From NCBI GenBank assembly GCA_964016885.1, contig OZ024741.1, forward strand, positions 270,754,001 through 270,818,000: 64,000 nt of DNA. The letters run 5' to 3'. The notes under the pieces are model-generated. The model was given only the letters and a program-made list of their open reading frames with translations. It was not told the origin of the DNA and ran no database searches. Positions 55,135-64,000 of the stretch are shown piece after piece. The position numbers were made by a program, and so were the translations under genes. This DNA is from Eledone cirrhosa. Taxonomy: Eukaryota. Numbering within the stretch: the stretch's first letter is position 1; the number at the start of each line of letters is the position of its first letter.

Positions 55135-55350
55135 TGGAGGTTGGAATAAGTTGGGGAATTGGAATAAGTGAGGGAGGGAGTTGGAATAAGCATGAGGGGG
55201 GTTTGGAATAAGTGGGGGCAGGGAGTTGGAATAAGTGAGAGAGGGAGTTGAAATAAGCAGGAGGGGGGTTTGGAATAAGTGGGGCCAGGAGTTGGAATAA
55301 GCAAAGGATTTGAAACAAGGGTGGAATAAGCGGAGGAGTTGGAATAAATG
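55135..55350. repeat. G-rich minisatellite with unit of about 20 bp (GGAGTTGGAATAAG core)
   Basis: About 10 copies of TGGAATAAG. Confidence 0.8.
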
Positions 55351-55689
55351 GGGAAGGGGGGGGGGCATGGTGAAAAATCTGTAAGTTTTCTAGGTTATCT
55401 CCATTGATTTAAAAAAACAACAGAATTAGTCGTTTAATTTACATATTGAGACCCCAACCCATCCTATTTATTTTATGACATACAGGATTTCTAATGTATT
55501 CTTTTTGTCATTTATGTTTTTTAAATGTCTAAAGAAAATTAATTATCTCAGGAATGCTACAACTTAAAATAAAATTTCACTGATGATTGGTTAGCAACAT
55601 TTAATAAGTGGGGGGATTGGAATAATAAAATCCAAAAAATTAATAATGAAGGGGTGGGGGGTGGAGACGATTATTTGAAACCTGAGTGT

Positions 55690-56360
55690 ACTTTAGGCAC
55701 AAGGCCAGCAATTTGAAGGGAAGGGGAAAGTTCATTATATCGACCCTCCCAGTGTATTACAGGTACTTTATTTTATCAACCCGGTAATAATGGTTTCTTA
55801 TATAGGCACAAGGCCAGCAATTTTCAGGGGGAGGGGAAAGTCGATTAAATCAACCCAGTGCATGACTGGTACTTTATTTTATCGACCCCGTAAGGATGAA
55901 AGGCAAAGTTGACTGTAGCAGGAATTGAACTCAGACTGTAAAGGGCCGTAACTCTATGTATGCTAAAAACGAAAAGCAAACTTAACCTTCGCAGAATTTA
56001 AACTCAAAATGTTAAGGAACATAACTCTATGCTGTAAAGCATGTTTCTGACACTCTACTAATCCTGCCAATCTCCTGCCCTGATAGTAATTATTTCTACG
56101 TTTGGCACAAGGCCAGCAATTTGAAGGGAAGGAGGGAAAGTCGATTAAATTGACCCCAATGCATGACTGGTGCTTTATTTTATGGACCCTGTAAGGATGA
56201 AAGGCAAAGATAACCTCAGCGGTATTTGAAATCAGAACGTAAAGGACCATAACTCTATGCCGTGAAACGTTGTCCGATGCTCTACCGATTACTGCCAATC
56301 CACTGCACTCAGTCTCCCTCAAAATAATGGTTTCTGATTTAAGCACAAGGCCAACAACTT
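55690..56360 (-). mobile_element. Cluster of tandem Nin-type SINEs
   Basis: Repeated GGCACAAGGCCAGCAAT...GGATGAAAGGCAAAG. Confidence 0.75.
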
Positions 56361-56683
56361 TGATGATGATGATAATAATATAACTGGTTGGTTAAACTGG
56401 AATTACGAGTGCATGTGCTGGTATAGACATGTCCTTCACTTGCCACCAGATCAAGAACACAAAATATGACAAACAGCTTTCTTTTCAGAAGGTGTTAGTG
56501 TACTGGGAAGAGTGGTGCCATTTTAACAACTGAAATTCCAAAGATACCCAGTAGATAGCTGATAAGTGAGAAATCAGTGTCCTTTGTTCCTTGAGTTAGT
56601 TTTGGATTAATCATGATAAGTGGCATAGCCTATTTTGATACCTCAATTACTTCTTTGCTACTGTTGTGACTCTCTCTCTCTCA

Positions 56684-56717
<34 letters not shown>

Positions 56718-56759
56718 GTCTCTCTCTTTGATTTTCACTCTCTATGTTCCTTATCGTTT

Positions 56760-57015
56760 TTTTATCAGGGCCTTACTATCATTTGACACAGAAGTTACAG
56801 GCTGGATGAGGCCATACACCAGACGGCTGGATGTCGTCAAGGAAGATCTCCAGAGGTTCAATGTCACCTTGGATGATGCAGAGAGGTTGGCACAGGACCA
56901 CCAGCAATAGGGGGCACTAATGGACCTTATCAGCTCTACACATGAGGAAGCCTCTGGGATCACTGACCTAGAATGACCCCAGTTACATCGAGCAAGAGCA
57001 AGAAGAAGAAGAAAG
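56760..57015 (+). pseudogene. RTE-like LINE 3' tip with (AAG)n tail
   Basis: RPYTRRLDVVKEDL...AERLAQD. Confidence 0.5.
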
Positions 57016-57356
57016 AAGGTCAGTGGTTGGTTTAATGGTATTATCTGAGAGTTTTGTTTACAGGTTAGGGCAAATCAACTTTTCATCCTTCCAAGGTTGA
57101 TAAAATAAAGTACCAGTAATGCACTGATGTTAATATAATCAACTTTCCCCTTATTTGCATACATAATGCAAGGTTGATAAAGTAATAAATAATTATAAAA
57201 TTAGTAGAGGTGTTCATAAGTAGATATAGCTGAGTAAGTATTTAATAGTAAAGGTACAAAATAAAATATAAAACAATTCAAAACAAAAGGTTAATAAGAA
57301 AATTATGAAAAATAAAATACAACATAAACAAATAGGGGGGACAGTGGCTGTTTAAT

Positions 57357-57427
<71 letters not shown>

Positions 57428-57430
<3 letters not shown>

Positions 57431-57544
57431 GAAGGAAATGTGGTAAGGAACCAGGTGGACCATAACGCACCAAAGTACTCAATACTTAGGGTAGTAGAGT
57501 GAAATTAGCCGTCGAAACGGCTTGAGCTCAGCCGTCGGGGTCTT

Positions 57545-57547
<3 letters not shown>
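57428..57547. mobile_element. Solo Penelope-1 pLTR end with inverted segment, in (TA)n
   Basis: 57428-57501 matches 4512-4586; 57504-57547 is the inverse of about 4600-4644. Confidence 0.75.
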
Positions 57548-57603
<56 letters not shown>

Positions 57604-57607
<4 letters not shown>

Positions 57608-57860
57608 AGAAAGTGAACAACACAAAATATAACTACTCCATTACCAAAGGTTTCTGGATCCCACATAATATTAATATGCGTCTGGATCGGTCATCAGACA
57701 GAGATGTTACGGATAAAAAATATGAAAATATTGGATCTGGGATCCAGAAACCTTTGGTAATGGAGTAGTTATATTTTGTGTTGTTCACTTTCTAATTAAA
57801 TAGCTCTGTTATATACATAGAGCACTCTTTTTTCCTTTGCTTTTCCTTCGGAATTACCTA
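57604..57860. mobile_element. H5 fold-back element containing a hammerhead
   Basis: Arms 57604-57662 and 57738-57796; tail 57797-57860 resembles 34865-34930. Confidence 0.7.
57636..57703 (-). ncRNA. Type I hammerhead ribozyme, canonical core
   Basis: CTCTGT-CTGATGA-ccGATCC...GGATCca-GAAA-CCtttGG-TA-ATGGAG. Confidence 0.75.
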
Positions 57861-57895
57861 ATACACTCACACACACGCACATATATATATATGTA

Positions 57896-58176
57896 GAGGC
57901 ACATGGCCTAGTGGTAAGGATGCTGGACTTACAATCATAATGTCGTTTTGTGTTCTTGAGCAAAACCCTTCATTTCAAGTTGCTCCAGTATACTCAGCTG
58001 AAAATGAGTTCCAGCAATAGCTGGGTGGGGTTTAACCCTGTGATGGGTAGGGTTTAACCCTGTGATGGGCTGGTGTCCTGTCCAGGAGGGAGTCTTTTAC
58101 TCTCAGGCGCTTCACATCATGAAACCAGGATAAGCACCAGCCAAATGAGCCTTCTGGCTAAAGACAGGCATTAGAC

Positions 58177-58180
<4 letters not shown>
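57896..58180 (+). mobile_element. CORE-like tRNA SINE
   Basis: Same family as 181-669. Confidence 0.75.
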
Positions 58181-58211
<31 letters not shown>

Positions 58212-58219
58212 TGTATATA

Positions 58220-58409
58220 CGTTATTCCGGGTTGAATCGGAGGTAACCACAGTAAGTAAGGTACTCAATACATAGCAGAGTATAAAAGTTTTAATATAGA
58301 TGAGATTCTACAGGACTAGAACTGTTTCATTCATTAGAAATCATGATGATTTCTAATGAATGAAACAGTTCTAGTCCTGTAGAATCTCATCTATATTAAA
58401 ACTTATATA

Positions 58410-58410
<1 letters not shown>
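58220..58410 (-). mobile_element. H4 element with perfect palindrome of about 120 bp centred on the hammerhead TGATGA
   Basis: 58286-58405 is self-complementary; flanked by (TA)n. Confidence 0.7.
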
Positions 58411-58455
<45 letters not shown>

Positions 58456-59097
58456 TGTATATAGTATTTCAAATGTGGGATAGTGTTACAGCTGCTATTA
58501 ATATAGACAAATATATTTGTAATATAAATAGCCTATCATGATAGTACTTTGTGTTTGGTTATGTTAGATTTAGTTAGGATTAATTAGTTTATTTATTAAA
58601 ATACACAAAATATTTCAGGTGTTAGTGTACTGGGAAGAGTGGTGTCATTTTAACTGAAACTACAAAAGACACCCAGTAGATAGCTGATAAATGGGAAATC
58701 TCGTTTGCTCCGAGTTTTCAGTGTCTTTTGTTCCTTGAGTTATTTTTGGATTAATATTTATCATAAGTGACATAGCCTATTTTGATACCTAAATTACTTC
58801 TGAGCTACTGTTGTGACTCTCTCTCTCACTCTCCCTTATCATGCTTTAACCCCACTCACTCTGTTATTATGTTTCGTCCCATATTGCCTCTCCCCATTGT
58901 CTTACAACCTTCCTGTTATGTTAACTCTCACTACATTCTTTTGCAGCAAGACAGTTGAACGACAGCTGACGAATGGGAAATCTGTTTACTCCGAGCTTTC
59001 AGTGTCATTTGTTTATTCCATGTGTTATTTTATGACTTCACACACACACACAATCATATATATATATATATATATATATATGTTTATATATATATAT

Positions 59098-62000
59098 CAT
59101 CATCATCATCGTTTAACGTCCATTTTCCACGCTAGCATGGGTCTGGACGAGAATTGTCCCACTTGAGGCAAGATTGGTTGTCTTGCTCAGGACTGTCTGG
59201 TGGGTTTTCTATGGCTGGATGCCCTTCCTAACTCCAACCACGTTTACAGTGTGGACTGGGAGGTTTTTACCGTGTTACCTACATGGCCACATTACAGCGT
59301 GGACTGTGTGTTTTTTTGTCGTGACACCTACACGACCTCATTTATTTAGGTCTGGATGTTGTGGTACCAACATAGCTTTACATCAAAAGGGGTGGTGTAG
59401 ATGGCGGTGGGGGTAGGGTTAGTGGGACGGGGGTGTATTTTGTTTAAGCGGTGCCTACTGACTGTAGGTTTCACTTTGTACTTAGGCAAGGCGGGTCTTC
59501 TGTATTACTACGTAGCGCCAAAGATCTCGGTCCAGTGACATTGTCTTGGAGAGGTGTAAGTGTGTGAGGTCGGATTTTATCAAGTCGTCCCAGGTTTTTC
59601 TGGGTCTGCCTACTCCGTAGCTACTGTCTATTTTGATCGGCCTAGACTTTTTTATACAGTTGTCATCTTTCATGCGCATCACGTGACCATACCAACGTAG
59701 TCTTCTCTCGAGTAAACAGCATCTGATCCCTCTTATTCCTAATTTCTCACTTAGTTCATTTATGCTTTGCCGTTCACATTTATTACTATTACACATGCAA
59801 CGGAGCATGCAAGCTTTGTTCCTCTCCAGTCTGCGTAGATCCTCTGCACACAATGCCTATGTCTCACTGCCATGTAACATTGCTGTTCATATGCAGGCAT
59901 CATACAGCCTGCCTTTTATTTTTAGAGAGAAACCTTTAGTGGCCAATAGTGGTATAAGATCTCTGAACTTTTTCCATCCCGTTCGGACTCTAGCTACAGT
60001 ACTTTCGGAACACCCTCCACCACTGCTGATTTTGTCACCCAGGTAACGGAAGGTGTCCACTATTTCTATAGAACCATCTGGGTAATGAAATGAGCTAGTA
60101 TTCTGTGGGCATTTGCCTATAACTATATTCTTAGTTAGCTTACCTGTGATCCCACTACATCTTTTATGCATCCATACTTTGCATTTGGGACATAAAATGG
60201 AGTTTCTGCCTACTCCTTTCCTACACACTGAGCATGGCCATTTCCCAGATGGGACCAGTGCCCTATTTTCCTTCCTACATATTAGGACTTTAGTCTTAGA
60301 CAAGTTAACTTTCAGGCCTTTTGATTCTAGTCCATGCTTCCATGTTTGGAATTTCTTCTCTAGTTCAGCCATTGATTCGAGCGTTAGATCATCTGCGTAT
60401 AGAAGTTCCCATGGGCAGCCGGTCTTGAACTCCTCCGTTATAGCTTGGAGGGCGATAATAAATAGGAGGGGGCTAAGGACAGAGCCCTGATGAACACCAA
60501 CTTTTACGCTAAACTCTTCACTATATTCGTTGTTAATTCTAACCTTGCGTACTGTTTCTTTATACATGGCTTGTATAGCTCTCACAAGCCATTCATCTAC
60601 ACCTAGTTTTCTAAGAGCCCACCTGATAATGGAGCGGGGGACTCTGTCAAAGGCTTTCTCCAGGTCTACGAAAGCTAAGTTGAGGGGTTTACTTTTAGCT
60701 AGGTACTTCTCCTGTAGTTGTCGTATAATGAAAAGAGCGTCTGTGGTACTTTTACCTGACACAAGCCCGAACTGCATTTCATCTAGATCAATTCGCTCTC
60801 TGATTAGTTGTGCTATTACTTTTTCTGTGTCCTTCATGACCTGGTCAATTAATTTAATGCCTCTATAGTTTCCCCTATCTAGGGCGCCTCTTTTACCCTT
60901 GTAGCAGTTAATGATGCTGCTGCTATGCCAGTCCTTTGTATAACTTGGTTTACTATCCAGTCCATTCTGTATAACTTGGTTTACTATCCGGGTGACCATA
61001 GTGTGTCCCACCGTTCCAGATACTTTCAGCATTTCAGCAACTATTTCCGAAGGCCTAGCCGCCTAGCCCGTCTTCATATCTTTGATTGCCTTACTTATTA
61101 TACTACCTTCAACTTGCACTGCAGGTCCCTCTATAGGATCGATGTGGGGGAGGCTGTCTTTCTCCCATTTATTCTCCACATTTAGTAGCCTTTCATAGTG
61201 ACACTTCCAAGCTACCTTCTTATCAGCATCAGTGATGGCAAGTACACCATCATCATTACGGACACACTTCTCCCCGACAATATCACGGTTCTCCTTGACA
61301 CATTGTCTAGCAATCCTGAACACCTCACGTTTTTGGTCCTCGTGTTGTAGAACATGCTTGAACTTTCTTTCCTCTGCTTCCCTTCTTGCGAAGTACACTT
61401 GTCTCCTAGCTTCCCTCGTGGCCACTTGATAGTGTTCTCTACTTCCCCCATACCGCCATACTTTCCAAGCCTGCTTTTTGGCCTTGATCGACTCCTCCAC
61501 CTTACTGTTCCACCACCACGTTACTCTCCTCCTGCCTATAGGTCTTCTCCAGCCACAGATTTCATCTGCCGCCTTCAGCAGACTAGCTTTCAGGAATTCC
61601 CACTGTTCCTCTATATTGTACGACTCTAATTGCTCTTCCTTACTGTCAAAAGCATCAAGTAATATGCTTTTAAATTTATTACTGGCTGTGGGGTCCTTTA
61701 GCTTCCATATTTTTCTCCTAAGGATAGTCCTCCTCTGTTGTCGAATACGTCTCGTCCTGACTATGAGGTCGCTAACTATGAGGCTATGTTGGGAGGTGCA
61801 TTCTTCATGGGGGAGGGATTTAGTGTTTACAACAGACACTCTGTCATGTCTTCTAGTAAGGATATAATCTATCTGATTGGCGTGTTCCCCTGATCTATAG
61901 GTGATCAAGTGATTGTCTTGTTTTTTGAAGTTTGTGTTACAGATAGTTAGATTATTTGCGTCACAGAATTCCAGGATTCTGGAGCCTTCCTCATTTCTAG

Positions 62001-62790
62001 TACCAAACCCATAGCCTCCATGGATTCCGTCATAGCCGTCACAGTGTTGTCCAACGTGACCATTTAGGTCGCCAGCAATAATTATATAGTCACTGTCGGT
62101 TATTTGGGAGGTAATGAGCATTAACAACTCATAGAATCTGTCTTTTATAATGCCAGGCAGTCCGGGTTGGGGTGCATACGCAAATATTATTGTCACAGTA
62201 GTTCTATTGAGGACAAGTCTTATTTTAATTATTCTGTTGTTGACTCTATTTATGTCTATCATCTTATCTACCCATTTTTCTGCTAGCATGATTCGTACTC
62301 CACCCAGCCCATTGTCATTTCCCACCCAGAAAAGCTTATAGCATCGTTTGTTACCCAGAATGAATCTAGCAGACCCACCCCTCCACCTGGTCACTTGAAT
62401 ACAACAAACATCAACCTCCTTACGTTCAAGCATCTCTACAACATTTTGAGGTACCTACATTCATGGTACCAACTCCGAAGTTTTGGATTGTGTTTGGTGG
62501 GTGGGAAGGACAGGGCGCAGGGAGGGGTGAGGGAGATAGGGCTATGTTAGCCGTCCGCGGCCTAAATAAAGAGGAGGAGTCCTTGCATTCTTGTCCGGCA
62601 GCATGGGGGGAACTTGTCTTTATCTTTGGCATTGTCACTGAGTGTCCAGATTTTTTCAGACTCTCCAGAATTACATAGTCCATCCATCATATCGAAAGGC
62701 AATCAGGTCTAAACTTAAGAAGTGATAACATAGGCCGTCGACTTACGATTGGTCCAAATAATAATGGTGGTGGGTGGGGGGGAAGGGATC
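59098..62790 (-). mobile_element. Near full-length RTE LINE family A
   Basis: 5' UTR, APE ORF 61063-62433, RT ORF 59887-61032, C-terminus 59482-59853, 3' UTR and (GAT)n; only a few disablements. Confidence 0.92.
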
Positions 62791-63585
62791 TGGGGTAGTT
62801 AGCGAGAAGGTTATAAAATAAAATCCACGAAATTTTGGCCATAATTGAACGAGCATATAACTGTAATAAGGGAAGAATTATGGGATTTTAAAATACAAGA
62901 AGATTATTTTGAACGATCAGAGAGAATTATCGAATAGCATTGAAAAAGAAAAGGTTGTATTCTGGACGATATGATACAGATAGATGAATGGACCAGGTAA
63001 ACATGAAGAGACGAGAAAATAGGAATTTGTACATTACATTTCACAGAAGAGCGGGCGAGCGATGTAGCCAAGAATATGGGTCGACAAATTCTGAGTTTCG
63101 TACCCCGCAACAGTTTATTTTATGTTTGAAGAGAGAGGGGATGGGATTGAAAGAGAGTCAGCAGGCATGTATACAATGGAGGGGGGGGGGGAGAATAGTA
63201 GGGAGCAGGAAGGTTATTTTATAAAATCCTAGAATTTCGACCATATTTAAGGATACATTATAGGAGGTAATTTTATAAAAATAAAAATCGAGAGAGGTTT
63301 ATAAAATAAAATCCACGAATTTTTGGCCATAATTGGACGAACATATAACTGTAATAAGGGAAGAATTAAATCAAACGAGCATATAACTGTAATAATGGAA
63401 GAATTATGTGATTTTATAATACAAGAAGATTATTTTGAATGGTCAGACAGAATTATCGAATAGCATTGAAAAAGAAAAGGTTGTATTCTAGACGATATAA
63501 TACAGATAGATGAATGGACCAGGTAAAAATCGAGAGTTGAGAAAATAGGAATTCTTACATTACATTTCACATATATATATATATG

Positions 63586-64000
63586 TGGTTGTACGATGCC
63601 TGCATACGAACAGCAATGCTGCATGGCAGTGAGACCTGGGCATTGTGTGCAGAGGATATACGCAGACTAGAGAGGAACGAAGCTTGCATGCTCCGCTGGA
63701 TGTGTAACAGTAATATACGTGAATGGCAAAGCATAAATGAACTAAGGAAAAAATTAGAGATAAGAGGGATCAGATGTTGTTTACTCGAGAGAAGGCTACG
63801 TTGGTATGGACACGTGATGCGCATGAAAGTCGATAGCTGTATAACAAAGTGCAGGGCAATAAAGATAGACGGTAGTCACGGAATAGGCAGACCTAGAAAA
63901 ACCTGGGACGAGCTGATAAACTCCGACATCACACACTTACACCTCTCCAAGACAATGTCACTGGACCGAGACCTTTGGCGGTACTCAGTAACAGAGAAGA
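63586..64000 (+). pseudogene. RTE family A C-terminal fragment running off the window end
   Basis: LYDACIRTAMLHGSETW...RRLRWYGH...GRPRKTW. Confidence 0.85.

Overview
AT-rich eukaryotic (animal) non-genic DNA made almost entirely of nested transposable elements and (TA)n/(CA)n/(GAT)n microsatellites. No host gene could be supported. The repeat content (RTE LINEs with (GAT)n tails, tRNA-derived CORE-like and Nin-like SINEs, TTAA MITEs) resembles an octopus/cephalopod genome; this is inference. Recognisable elements are about 10 decayed copies of an RTE LINE whose RT carries an inserted PHD-like finger, two Penelope-like elements (RT plus GIY-YIG), a CRE-clade RLE retroelement, CR1-type RT fragments, a full-length but disrupted Chapaev3-like DNA transposon inside a minisatellite, MITEs and Helitron-like elements. 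The most notable pattern is a set of at least 7 sequence-unrelated short non-coding elements sitting in (TA)n tracts. They carry type I hammerhead ribozyme motifs, some with non-canonical cores (U3-A8, A9U), and very often form fold-back palindromes. They look like Penelope pLTR-derived, ribozyme-bearing hairpin elements. All structures were read by eye; none was computed.
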